A stretch of DNA of 63,434 nucleotides, filler included, from Octopus bimaculoides (GCF_001194135.2; 6 parts of 4 records of this genome joined end to end with filler, not necessarily neighbours in it), one strand, 5' to 3'. Counted from the first letter of the whole stretch, positions 26,020 through 38,850 are shown. Made by a program: numbers and translations. The notes: generated from the letters alone by a model not told the origin.

Positions 26020-26598
26020 NNNNNNNNNNNNNNNNNNNNNNNNNNNNNNNNNNNNNNNNNNNNATGATAATGATGATGATGATGGTGATGATGATAATGG
26101 TGGAGATAGTGGTGGTGGTGGTGGTGGTGATGATGATAATGGTGGAGATAGTGGTGGTGGTGGTGGTGGTGATAACGAAGATGATGATGATGGTGGTGAT
26201 GATGATGATGTTAGTGGTGGTAATGACAATGACCATTGAAATTTTGACTACCCTCCCCAACCTATTCAATCTAGGTCCATGACATATTGACATTTCTGTT
26301 TTATTTTACCTTTCCGTCAAACATAACAGGATGGTCCAGTCCTTCTCCCATTGACACTGCAACACCTGAGTCACATTAACATTAACAGCAGCCATGATTT
26401 ATACAAATTTCTTCTCATCGTTAGAATCCAATTTGGCATTGTCCTGGCTCACCAAACCATTATTCGAAATTCCATTAAAATAAGTAACTTGACCAGTTCC
26501 TGGCTGGTTGTGGACAGCTTCATGGCTGGTGAATGGACCTCAACGGAGACACATTAATGTATTATCTTACAGAGAACCAATATCTCTCTACATACAAG

Positions 26599-26642
<44 letters not shown>

Positions 26643-27361
26643 AGTAATCCTTCATCATATCGTGGTTCACCTATTGAGGTTTATTATTTAAGCTTGCATC
26701 CAATTCCTCCGTGGTGTTATTTTGCATTTATAATAAAATAAATAGAAACTAATTATAAAAACAATATTAAAAATATATACAGTACAGAGCTCTTTCTACT
26801 TTGTGGATTTTCACCTGTCGCAAGGGGTTTTGGAATGTAACACCTGTGATAGTCAAAACATTGCTGTATAATTATTTCATNNNNNNNNNNNNNNNNNNNN
26901 NNNNNNNNNNNNNNNNNNNNNNNNNNNNNNNNNNNNNNNNNNNNNNNNNNNNNNNNNNNNNNNNNNNNNNNNNNNNNNNNNNNNNNNNNNNNNNNNNNNN
27001 NNNNNNNNNNNNNNNNNNNNNNNNNNNNNNNNNNNNNNNNNNNNNNNNNNNNNNNNNNNNNNNNNNNNNNNNNNNNNNNNNNNNNNNNNNNNNNNNNNNN
27101 NNNNNNNNNNNNNNNNNNNNNNNNNNNNNNNNNNNNNNNNNNNNNNNNNNNNNNNNNNNNNNNNNNNNNNNNNNNNNNNNNNNNNNNNNNNNNNNNNNNN
27201 NNNNNNNNNNNNNNNNNNNNNNNNNNNNNNNNNNNNNNNNNNNNNNNNNNNNNNNNNNNNNNNNNNNNNNNNNNNNNNNNNNNNNNNNNNNNTTGAACTC
27301 AGAATGTAGTGACAGGTGAAATACCACTAAGCATCTCGTCCAGCATGCTCACAATTCTTCC

Positions 27362-27575
27362 AGCTCAATGGCAGAATCGTTAGCATGCTGGACGAAATGC
27401 TTAGTGGTATTTCGTCCGTCTTTTTGTTCTGAGTTCAAATTCCACCGAGGTCGACCTTGCCTTCCATCCTTTCGGGATCTATAAATTAAGTACCAGTTGC
27501 ATACTGAGGTCGATCTAATCGACTGGCCCCACCTTCCCAAACATTTCAGGCCTTGTGCCTAAAGTAGGAAAAAAA
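27362..27575 (+). mobile_element. SINE family B, near full length
   Basis: GGCAGAATCGTTAGCATGCTGGACGAAATGCTTAG...GAGTTCAAATTCC...CAGGCCTTGTGCCTAAAGTAGG. Confidence 0.88.
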
Positions 27576-27599
27576 AAAGAAGGTATTTTCAATGTCTTA

Positions 27600-27895
27600 C
27601 ATTTCCATTCCAGACCACCATCCTCCTTTCCAATGATGGTAGCATTTCCACTCTTTCCAGGGCTTCAGAATCTCACCATGACCCTGGAAGGGTTAGGTAA
27701 CAGGTGCTCCTGTGGGTTGCCAAATGGCAACCCATGATATTTCCCAGAGCTGTCTCCTCAGTATTCCCCTCTCAGCAAACTACAGACCCATGTACGGGAG
27801 TTGTTACCACCATACTATTGTCAGCATAGAGTCTTGTTTTGTCCCCTGATCAAGTCCCATCACATGATCCAAGCTTGACCTGTGGTTAAATAACA
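27600..27895 (-). pseudogene. Decayed RTE-like reverse transcriptase fragment
   Basis: Minus strand 27831-27820 encodes LYAD(N), followed by SMVVTT, resembling the LYADD motif of RTE LINEs; the frame is otherwise broken. Confidence 0.45.
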
Positions 27896-28149
27896 ATGAA
27901 ATGGTGGTCAGGTTGCTAATAGTGGTACGTTCCAAAGAAGAGAGAAGTAGATAAGATCTTGGTAATTAAATAATTAAGCTACGCAATCAATGTGTGTCTA
28001 TTTCTGTTAGTTATTACAATAGAATAATTAATAACATATGGTTAATGAACTGACTAAAAGCTGGTTTCGCTAATTGCATGTGTACAGTGTGTGTATGGGC
28101 TGTATATGTATGTGTGTATGTATGTATGTATGTATGTATGTATGTATAT

Positions 28150-28180
<31 letters not shown>

Positions 28181-28931
28181 CATATGTATACATATATATA
28201 CACACACACATACATATACATACATGCATATACACANNNNNNNNNNNNNNNNNNNNNNNNNNNNNNNNNNNNNNNNNNNNNNNNNNNNNNNNNNNNNNNN
28301 NNNNNNNNNNNNNNNNNNNNNNNNNNNNNNNNNNNNNNNNNNNNNNNNNNNNNNNNNNNNNNNNNNNNNNNNNNNNNNNNNNNNNNNNNNNNNNNNNNNN
28401 NNNNNNNNNNNNNNNNNNNNNNNNNNNNNNNNNNNNNNNNNNNNNNNNNNNNNNNNNNNNNNNNNNNNNNNNNNNNNNNNNNNNNNNNNNNNNNNNNNNN
28501 NNNNNNNNNNNNNNNNNNNNNNNNNNNNNNNNNNNNNNNNNNNNNNNNNNNNNNNNNNNNNNNNNNNNNNNNNNNNNNNNNNNNNNNNNNNNNNNNNNNN
28601 NNNNNNNNNNNNNNNNNNNNNNNNNNNNNNNNNNNNNNNNNNNNNNNNNNNNNNNNNNNNNNNNNNNNNNNNNNNNNNNNNNNNNNNNNNNNNNNNNNNN
28701 NNNNNNNNNNNNNNNNNNNNNNNNNNNNNNNNNNNNNNNNNNNNNNNNNNNNNNNNNNNNNNNNNNNNNNNNNNNNNNNNNNNNNNNNNNNNNNNNNNNN
28801 NNNNNNNNNNNNNNNNNNNNNNNNNNNNNNNNNNNNNNNNNNNNNNNNNNNNNNNNNNNNNNNNNNNNNNNNNNNNNNNNNNNNNNNNNNNNNNNNNNNN
28901 NNNNNTATATATATATATATATATATATATA

Positions 28932-28972
<41 letters not shown>

Positions 28973-29534
28973 GTATGTATGTACGTGTGTGGATATAGAT
29001 GTGTATGTATTAATGTTTGTGTGTGTGTGTGCATATGTGTAAGCATATAAATGTATGTATATGTGTATATATATATATATACACATACATGTCTATATAT
29101 ACACGCATACACATTAATACATACATACACATCTATAACCACACACATTAATACATACATACACATTTATATCTACACACATACATATATATATGCAAAT
29201 ACATGCACACACATGCACCCACACACAAACACATGCATTAATACATACATAGAACATCTATATACACACATCCACCTACACACGTACATTATTAGTGTGT
29301 GTCCTATTGAATTAAAAGCTCAACCATTTGTTACAGCCGACATTTTCAAACGACACCAAAGAGCAATTCCAAAAGTAAATATCTGTTATTTGGGGGGAAA
29401 TCTTGCATAATTCATTCTATCTCTTCATGTCTGTCGACGTTCCACGTACAATAACACCATTCAAAGATCAATATTTGCATATTGATCTCACATACACAAA
29501 AGGAAAAGAAAATAAATAAAATAAAATGCCATTT

Positions 29535-29625
29535 TGGCAGGTGTGGTTGTGTGGTAAGAAAGAAGCTTGCTTCCCAACCACATGGTTGCGGGTTCAGTCC
29601 CACTGCACGGCACCTTGGGTAGATA
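29535..29625 (+). mobile_element. SINE family C, 5' head
   Basis: GTGGTTGTGTGGTAAGAAAGAAGCTTGCTTCCCAACCACATGGTTGCGGGTTCAGTCCCACTGC. Confidence 0.85.
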
Positions 29626-29783
29626 TACATATATATATATATATATTAGAATTATTTCTAATATTAGAAATAGTTCTAATATTTCTAATATTTCTAATTT
29701 TGCTGATCAGTGAATGAACTTCACTATGATTTACATAAGTTTGTGAAGGAGAAACAGGCCTCTCGATCCAGCTGGCAAGCTAC

Positions 29784-29826
29784 TTCCGGCTGATGACGAG
29801 CAAAGACTCAGAAACATGTCCCTGAA
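29784..29826 (+). ncRNA. Type I hammerhead ribozyme motif (minimal, Penelope/retrozyme-like)
   Basis: Stem I' TTCCGG 29784-89; core CTGATGA 29790-96; stem II (C)GAG-CAAAGA-CTC(A) 29797-810; GAAAC 29811-15; palindromic stem III ACATGT; cleavage triplet GTC 29818-20; stem I CCTGAA 29821-26 (5 of 6 pairs). Confidence 0.75.
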
Positions 29827-30016
29827 TGCTGGCTAGGCTGGGTGGGGGAGCTTGTCTCCCCTTCACAAACTGAAGGACACAGTAATTGTGTCAAGGCCGA
29901 CAGGAAGCGGTCCAGCTTCCTAGGGCTAAACGGCAGTAGTGTGTTCCCTTACTGGGATTGTCACATTAAGTTGACAATATACTACAACTTTATATATATA
30001 TACATATATATATAAG

Positions 30017-30511
30017 CAATGTTAATTCACTAAATGAGGTATTAACAGTAACTGCACGATAAAGTGAAGTATATTGCCACTTAAATGTGGCTGACCCCTA
30101 GGGGTGAATGTTACTGTTGCTTTTAGCCCCAGGAGGACATCTCCTCCAGANNNNNNNNNNNNNNNNNNNNNNNNNNNNNNNNNNNNNNNNNNNNNNNNNN
30201 NNNNNNNNNNNNNNNNNNNNNNNNNNNNNNNNNNNNNNNNNNNNNNNNNNNNNNNNNNNNNNNNNNNNNNNNNNNNNNNNNNNNNNNNNNNNNNNNNNNN
30301 NNNNNNNNNNNNNNNNNNNNNNNNNNNNNNNNNNNNNNNNNNNNNNNNNNNNNNNNNNNNNNNNNNNNNNNNNNNNNCAATGTTAATTCACTAAATGAGG
30401 TATTAACAGTAACTGCACGATAAAGTGAAGTATATTGCCACTTAAATGTGGCTGACCCCTAGGGGTGAATGTTACTGTTGCTTTTAGCCCCAGGAGGACA
30501 TCTCCTCCAGA
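30017..30511. other. 134-bp exact direct duplication flanking a gap (30017-30150 = 30378-30511); probable unmerged contig overlap
   Basis: Identical sequence sits immediately before and immediately after the N run. Confidence 0.85.
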
Positions 30512-30589
30512 TATTTATACACAAACACACACACATACATACATACATACATACATACATACACACATACATATAGAAATATCATGGAG

Positions 30590-30720
30590 AAATATCAGCT
30601 TGCTTGGGTACAGCTGATGGTTGGTGACAGGAAGGGCATCCAGCTGTAGAATATCTGGCTCAGTAAACTTTATTTGACCCGATGTATGATAGCATGGAAA
30701 AGTGGACAGTAAAAGGAGGA
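30590..30720 (-). mobile_element. SINE/RTE-tail family D fragment
   Basis: AGGAAGGGCATCCAGCTGTAGAA is the reverse complement of the family D motif TTCTACAGCTGGATGCCCTTCCT. Confidence 0.7.
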
Positions 30721-31325
30721 GGATGATGATGATTTTATTTATCCATGCGCAAAGTATAAAACTTAAAATAAGAAGAAGAAACACATCTGCAGACAGTATA
30801 GGGACATATTATAGGAGTTGTGAGATTTTTGGAGAGTGAAATATGTAAGACAACCTTGAAATGACAAAAATTAAGAACAGCAATGTCATGTTAGATAAAA
30901 ACAAAAACGATAAGAGAATTAGACAAAAGATAGATAAGAGAATTAGAGGAGAGAGTGATAAGAAAATAGATGAGAGAGAGAGATAAGAGAATTATACAAA
31001 AGACAGGTTTACAAATACATAGAAATTAATGAAGTATACACAAAATGTTATGCGATAGTGGTGGTGGTGGTGGTGGGATGAGAGGGGAGTTTTGTAATCA
31101 AACAGTAGTTTTTTTCTATTTTTAAATGTGTGTATGTCTGTCCCTGTGTGTCTATGTGCAAGTGTGTATGTGAGCATGCATGTGTATGCATTTTTATGTG
31201 CATTTCTATGCAGCAGCTGCAACTTTCCTGAATCTGTAATGGGTCAAAGTAAAACCAATGTAAACATAAATGTGGTGGTGGTGTGTGGTGTGTGGTGGTG
31301 GTGGTGTGTGGTGGTGGTGGTGGTG

Positions 31326-31372
<47 letters not shown>

Positions 31373-31576
31373 NNNNNNNNNNNNNNNNNNNNNNNNNNNN
31401 NNNNNNNNNNNNNNNNNNNNNNNNNNNNNNNNNNNNNNNNNNNNNNNNNNNNNNNNNNNNNNNNNNNNNNNNNNNNNNNNNNNNNNNNNNNNNNNNNNNN
31501 NNNNNNNNNNNNNNNNNNNNNNNNNNNNNNNNNNNNNNNNNNNNNNNNNNNNNNNNNNNNNNNNNNNNNNNNNNNN

Positions 31577-31628
<52 letters not shown>

Positions 31629-33524
31629 TGTGTGTGTCCCACCACCACTTGACAATTGGTGTTGGTTTGTTTACATCTATGTAACTTACCATTTCAGCAA
31701 AAAATACCAAGAGAATAAGAGTCTTTTCAAAAAAAAATGTATTGGGTTTGATTCATTCAACTAAAATTTCTTCAAAGTGTTGCTCCAGCATAGCCACAGT
31801 TTAATGACAGAAACAAGTAGAAGATAGGAGATAAGATATTAATAATATTCATAACAACAACATTTCCTTTATTAGCCTCAAGGGTATGGGTAGACTTCAA
31901 CAGCTGATAAATAATATGCATAAAATATTCAATTAATTATGATACACGTTAGCTCTCTTTCTTCCCTAATTAATCCCTAATTAATTAATTATATGTTACA
32001 CAGCATCAGCCCAGTTGATAATAAACACTTCCCGACTCTTGTTCATTCTACACGGAATCATTTCACTGGTGTTCTCTTCTTAAATGACACGCTGGCATCG
32101 TTCAGCTCTCGAATCTATCTGATCAATCAACCAACCAACTGCTCGGCTATTCTCACTGTTTGTCTTTGCTTCTTTCGGTTGTTAGCCTCTGGGGTGAGAA
32201 AAAGCCTGTTACAATGTAACATTCCATGTACTCTGCGCTCTAACGATGATGATGGCTAATTAAATTGCGAGTTTTGCTTCATTATCTTATCTTTACTACA
32301 ATACAGGCTCTACATGTATCTATCTGTCTCATATATAAAAATTTCCTGGACTCTATGCTGTAGTCTGTGATTTTTGTCACGGACTGGAAGTTAGAACAAA
32401 GAACCAATGTGAAATTTTGTGTCAGGGAAGTCTGCTACAGAGACATTGAGCATACTTTAGCAAGCTTACAGTGATGCTGGTACCACATAAAAAGCACTGG
32501 TGCTGGTGCCACAAAAAAGGCACGTAGGACATTTTGTGGAGTGGCTGATGTTAAGAAGGGCATCCTGCCATAGAGATCCTACCTGAACAGACATATCAAT
32601 ATAGAGTTGGTGGTGAAGTTGGCTTCATTTTAGATCATTTCACTTAAAGCTGCATCTCCTAAGAACCTTTCAGCTTTGATGTGGAAATCGAAATAATAAT
32701 AATAATAGAGAGGAATGGGAGAAGAGCGATGGGGGAGGGAAGGTGTACATTAATTAATTAACTAAGGAGGAGACCAGAAGATAGATAATTAATTAGGTTA
32801 ATAAATTAGTGGATTGACAACAGATGTTGTACATGATGATGGTGATGGAGATGATAGGATGGTGGTGGTGTTGATGATGATCATGTTGGTGATGATGAGG
32901 AGGAGGAGAGGAAAAGTAGGGGGACGATGATGATTAGTTCATATAGATGTATGAGTGTGTGTGTATGTATGCGTGTATATGTGGGTGTGCGCGCATGTGT
33001 GTGTGTGTAGGAATGGTTTGTTCGACAAAAACACTTCAAGGCAGTGCTCCAGCATGGCCACAACCCAAATGACTGAAACAAATAAAAGAAGGCAAGAATA
33101 AAATCGACCGTGTTTTTTGTTTGTTGTGTTGTTGTTTTATATTGATTTTGTGTGAGTTTCTCTCGTGACAAGGCCGCAACCCTTTGATGTCGGACACAAA
33201 CAAAGTCGTCTCAATCAATCCCTGCTACTTCAATGTTGCTTCATTTGATCATTCCCCATTGGATTTATTTATCGACCTTTCTTCCTCTTTCTCTCCATCA
33301 CTCTCTCCTTGTTCACGCCTTTAAAACAATTGTCTTTGGACGAACATTATTATTCCTTTACAAGGATTCTGGATTTTCTGTCATCTAAAAAAACAAAAAT
33401 TTTTTTTTTCAAGGTGTTGATAAAGTGGAGCCTTTGACCCCTACCCTGCCAGCCCCATTTGCTGGTGGATTGTGGGTTTATATCATCGTCATCATCACCA
33501 CCACCACCAACATCATCATCATCA

Positions 33525-33685
33525 TTTAGGGTCTGCTTTCCATGCAGGCATGGGTTGCATGGTTTGATTGGAATTGGTAAGCTGGAGAGCTGCACCAGGT
33601 TCCAATCTGATTTGGCATGGCTTCTACGGCTGGATGCCCTTCCTAACATGCCAACCACTCCAAGAGAAGTAATGGGTGCTCTTTA
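33525..33685 (+). mobile_element. SINE/RTE-tail family D
   Basis: GTCTGCTTTCCATGCAGGCATGGG...CTGGATGCCCTTCCTAACATGCCAACCACTCC. Confidence 0.8.
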
Positions 33686-33714
<29 letters not shown>

Positions 33715-33720
<6 letters not shown>

Positions 33721-33861
33721 TAAGAAGTTTGCTTCCAAGCCACATGATTCTGGGTTCAGTCCCACTGCATGGCACCTTGAGCAAATGTCTTTTATAAAAG
33801 CCTTGGGCTAACCAAAGCTCTGTGAGTGGATTTGGTAGACACAAACTAAAAGAAGTCTGCC

Positions 33862-33865
<4 letters not shown>
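33715..33865 (+). mobile_element. SINE family C, 5' half
   Basis: AAGAAGTTTGCTTCC...GGGTTCAGTCCCACTGC...GTGAGTGGATTTGGTAGAC. Confidence 0.85.
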
Positions 33866-33914
<49 letters not shown>

Positions 33915-34274
33915 CACGTGTGTGTGTGTGTTTATCCCACCCCAGACCCAAGGCAGATCATGAACTGTGAAGAGATGACATCGATGAGGTTGTGAATAGC
34001 AACGAAAGAACTTTGACAAACAAACAACCAACGGCACATTAAACAAACGATCGATTAGTTTTGTTGGTTAGATATTTAACCATTTAACAATCGATAAAGA
34101 AGTGATATTGAACTGGTTTAAGGCATTGAACTGGCAGGATTGTTAGCACACAGAGCAAAATGCTTACTGGTATTTCATCCAGCTTTAACATTCTGAGTTC
34201 AAATCCTGCCATGGTTGAATTTGCCTTCCATCTTTCCCAGGTTGCTTTCCATGTTGGCATGGGTTGGATGTTCT

Positions 34275-34463
34275 GCTTATTTATTTATATTGTTTGGAAT
34301 TAATCCTAGATTATCCCATAGCTTTGAGATTTCAATGGAGTGATTGTTTATTTTTAGAATGACATTGTAGGGTAGCTGTGAGAGGCCAGATCTGGTCAGT
34401 TTGAACATAAAATAGGTCAACAATTTTGGCTGGACATGGGTGGATTAAGTGCTAAAGGATTAA
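34275..34463. mobile_element. piggyBac-like MITE, one end
   Basis: Ends ...GTGCTAAAGGATTAA (reverse complement TTAATCCTTTAGCAC), similar to the TTAA-CCCT terminus typical of piggyBac-type elements. The other TIR is not seen. Confidence 0.45.
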
Positions 34464-34692
34464 ACAAATGATTGATATTTAAGCAATTGACTAATAATAA
34501 TAAAAAAGTGATATTACACCAGTGCATGTATTTATTATCATTGACATAATGACCCTCTCAAGACACAACAAAATCCACAAGTATTTTGTCTAAATAAATT
34601 ATATTTAAAATATGTTTTAAAATTGTTGTTGTTGGCTCAGAGGTGAATATCTGGAGATTAAGTGAAACTCGAGAAGATTATCTGTTGTTATA

Positions 34693-34743
<51 letters not shown>

Positions 34744-35214
34744 TTAATAAAAACAACACAAAAGCAATGAAACAAGTTACTCACATTGAACACATCAAAC
34801 AGACACAGCCGAACATGTAATGTTGTCAGGTGGGTTGTTGATGGTAATTACAGGTGAGATTGTGAATGGCAGGTGGATAGATTTAGAGAGAGAGAGAGAG
34901 AGAAAGAGAGAGATAGAGAAAGAGAGAGAGAGAGAGAGAAAGAGAGAGAGTATTGACCTCCCAACATAACTACACATTATAACATGTCTTCTTCCTTATT
35001 GAACAAGCACAACATACTTCAATACTTGGAACAGATACAATGATGATGACGATGGTGGTGGTGATGATGGTGGTGGTGGTGGTGATGATGGTAGTGGTGA
35101 TGGTGGTGGTGGTGGTGGTGAAGGTGATGAAGATGATGATGGTGGTGGTGGTGGTGGTCGTGAAGGTGGTAGTGGTGGTGGTGGTGGTTGGTGGCAATGA
35201 CAATAATGAGAAAG

Positions 35215-35530
35215 ATGGCTGCACCAGGCTCCAATCTGATCTGGCATAGTTTCTACAGCTGGATGCCCTTCCTAACGCCAACCACTCTGAGAGTGTAGTG
35301 GGTGCTTTTTACGTGCCACCGGCACGAGGGCCAGTCACACAGTACTGGCAACGATCACACTCAAAATGGTGTATTTTCCGTGCCACCTGCACAGGAACCA
35401 GTCCAGTGGCACTAGCAACAACCTTGCTCGAATGTCTTTTCACGTGCCACCGGCACAAGTGCCAGTAAGGCAACGCTGGTAACAATTACGCTCAAATGAT
35501 GCTATTTATGTGCCTCCGGCACAGAAGCCA
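35215..35530 (+). mobile_element. SINE/RTE-tail family D with four ~65-bp internal subrepeats
   Basis: Family D motif at 35250-35290; repeat cores at 35312, 35379, 35443 and 35509. Confidence 0.8.
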
Positions 35531-36757
35531 TGCACAGGTAGGATGGTTAAAGAGGAGCTGGCCAGGTAGAAAAAACTACCCAAGGCTACTGTCTCTGTTT
35601 TGACATCTCTGGTATTCATTTCACCTTCCACCCAAAGCAGGGCAGAAAATAGTGAATCAAGCAAAACTTCTCATTTAAAACAGTTTATAGTCAGAAAAAA
35701 AAAACAAATTTTTTAACCCAGAAAATAATAAAAAAAAAAAAAGGAAAGTTACTAGCGTAAATGTATTGTAAACAAAATGTAAAACTCTGGAGCATTAAAA
35801 AGAAGGAATAAAAAAGCTCCTCTTTTAGCATAGATACCATTTTTGTGTTTTTGCTATTTCTATAAAAGCAACATTTTCGTCTTCCACAAGGAAGGAAAGC
35901 TTTGTTAATGCTAGTTTTGCTTAGCAACATCGAGTGAAAAGTTTTTACCTCAGACCGTCTAAAAACACATTTAGCTGTGAAATAAAATATATTTTGTAAA
36001 TAAATAATGCTTTGCACAATATTTTTAGTCTTCCCTATAATTACTTCATGGTTGTTTAAACAGTTTTATTGATGTTCATGGTACCGTAACGCTAAATAGA
36101 GTTGGATATTTAAACTTTTAGTTGACAATTCCCAGGAGTAAAGAATCATAATAGAACGAAGATAAAATGGAGAGAAAGAGAAAAAGAAAGAATAGAAAGA
36201 AAATAAGGTAAATAAGAATTAAGGTAAATAAGCAAGTGAAAGAAATCTATGAGAAAATTTATTTATGAAATTGAAAAATATAGCCAAAATTTATTGTTAT
36301 TGGATATAAAGGGGTGAATGGTTCCTATTATTTATTGTAGGTTTAGCTATCACTATTCTTGAAAATATATGTGTGGAATAAAGAAAGAATCACCGAAATA
36401 ACAAAGAATTCCTTGTTTTGTGTTGATTTATAAAGGCAACTGATTCGCAAAAACATTTTACTGTTTTCTGTTTTTTGGAATTTTTTTTGAAGATTCCAAA
36501 ACTGAAGCAGAGAATTTGAACTAAAATATAAAAATAATTAACAATGCGTAGAATATCGGGTTAAAAAAAAATACCTCTGAATAGGAAAAAAAGCCAAAGG
36601 TTAGCACAGCTGTCATGTTCACAGAAGATCTAGGTTCAAATCCCTCCAGCTGCCTTTGACTTATATTTTCAATGCAAGGCCTTTTTTCTTTTTTTTTTTT
36701 TTTTTTTAATCCCATATCCTACTTGCGATTATTTATAACTTTATCTCAACATAGGGA

Positions 36758-36890
36758 AGGCACATGGCTTAGTGGTTGGGGCATTCAGCACACGATCATA
36801 TAATTGTGAGTTTGATTCCTGGCAACAGAGTGTGTCCTTAAGCAAGACCCTTCACTTCATGTTGCTTCATTCAGCTGAAGGTGGGGCACC
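36758..36890 (+). mobile_element. CORE-like SINE family E, 5' part
   Basis: GGCACATGGCTTAGTGGTT...GAGTTTGATTCC...GTGTCCTTAAGCAAGAC...TTCAC. Confidence 0.7.
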
Positions 36891-37074
36891 ACTTTCAAGA
36901 AATTTTAGTCGAATGAATTAACCACAGCATTTTTTTCTTTTAAGCCTCGTATTTTATCAGTTTTTTAAAATTTTTTGCTAAACCACTAAAACATAAGAAC
37001 ATAACCACACCAACACCAGTGTAGGAGGACAAACACAGACGCACAGAAGCACTCACACACACACACAAAAGGCT

Positions 37075-37212
37075 TCTTTCAGTTTCTGTCTACCAAATCC
37101 ACTCACAAGGCTTTGGTTGGCCCAAGGCTGAGACATTTGCCCGAGGAGCCATGCAGTGGAACTGAACCGGGAACCATGTGGTTGGGAAGCAAACTTCTTA
37201 CCATGCAGCCAT
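37075..37212 (-). mobile_element. SINE family C, 5' half
   Basis: TTTCAGTTTCTGTCTACCAAATCCACTCACAAGGC...CCATGTGGTTGGGAAGCAAACTTCTTACC. Confidence 0.85.
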
Positions 37213-37519
37213 GCCTTCACTTATGTACAGCCTTATCACATTCTGTACCACACTGAATCCTTCCCCAGAGCAACATTAAGGGTACACGTGTCTTTGGAGT
37301 ACTCAGCCACTTGATCAGATCAACTTGAACCCTCGTTATCGTAAACGAGAGAGCATCAGTGTGCTTGTAATTAAATTCATTTTGTATTGAAACATTTATT
37401 TTATTCAATTATTTTCGGTTATTTTAATTTTGTTCTCAATTCCGTTTGTTCAAATATTTGTCCTCCTAAATGTCTGTGTAATTTACATAATAATTTAAAT
37501 ATTTAAATAAATGCATTAT

Positions 37520-37793
37520 ATATACACACATATGTGTGTGTGTGTGTGTATGTACGTATGTATATATACATACATACATATATTATATTTTTTAAAATAT
37601 GTGTGTGTATATGTATGTATGCACGTGCGTATGTGTGTGTGTATGTGTGTGTGACAGTGCATCTGTATGTGTGTATGTGCATATATATGTATATACATAT
37701 GTATCTATATATGTATGTATATACATTTGTATGCATGCATGTGTGTGTGTGTGTGTGTATACAAGTATATAAGTATATAGATGTGCGTGTATA

Positions 37794-37827
<34 letters not shown>

Positions 37828-38580
37828 GATATATATATATATATACATACATATATATACGTGCATGTGTATATATATATACATATATACATACATATAT
37901 ATACACGCACACATACATATACATATATACACATACATATATACATATACATATTGATAGATATAGATACATGTATGTGTTTTAATTACATTTTTTTATG
38001 TTTGAAATTTGCAATAAAAGCTCTATTATATTTAATTACTTTGCTTCGTTATTATATTAAACAAACAGCAAAGTATATACACATTATTTTTATGTATATA
38101 TAAAGCACATATTCCTTTTGCCATTTATTCATTAATTCTATATACACCCTTTAGTATATTATATATATTTTTATGATTTTCATTTTTAAACATTTTAGCA
38201 AACCAGATTATTTCCTTAAACATTACCAACAACATTAGACCAAAATTTATTCATATATGTGTATATATATATGTGTGTGTATATGTATGTGTGTATGTAT
38301 GTATGTATGTATATATGTGTGTGTGTGTATGTGTGTGTGCGCGCACATGTGTGGGCATGTGGGTATGTATGTAGGTATGTGTGCATGTATGTATGTCAGT
38401 ATGTATGTATGTAGGAATGTATGTATGTAGATGTATGTATATATGTATATATATATATATACACACATACATACATATACATATATATAAAATATATATT
38501 CATAGATATAAATATTATATATGATATATATATACATATACACACACACACACACACACGCACACACAATATATATATAT
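37520..38580. repeat. Large degenerate TA/TG/CA microsatellite field
   Basis: Directly visible alternating purine-pyrimidine runs. Confidence 0.9.
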
Positions 38581-38811
38581 AGTTGTTTTTTAATATTTTC
38601 TGCATTTAGAATAGTTTATTAAATCTTCCAGAAGCAACTTCTTGGAAAATGGTAATTCCTGTTGTCTGTGTAGTGAGTACTTATATCAAAGAATCGTACA
38701 CAATGCTACACCTAATTTTATTGCTTCACATAGTATCATTCTGGAATTCAATGCAAGAATTTAGAATGTCATCACATGATTTTCCAATTAATTGTCTTCA
38801 AGCCACCAGTA

Positions 38812-38850
<39 letters not shown>

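Noticed and set aside
30017-30511. 134-bp direct repeat as an LTR or TSD
   Set aside because: Exact identity and position at both gap edges indicate an unmerged contig overlap.
35305-35530. CRISPR array
   Set aside because: Eukaryotic SINE context, mutually homologous spacers, cores only 14 bp and no cas genes.
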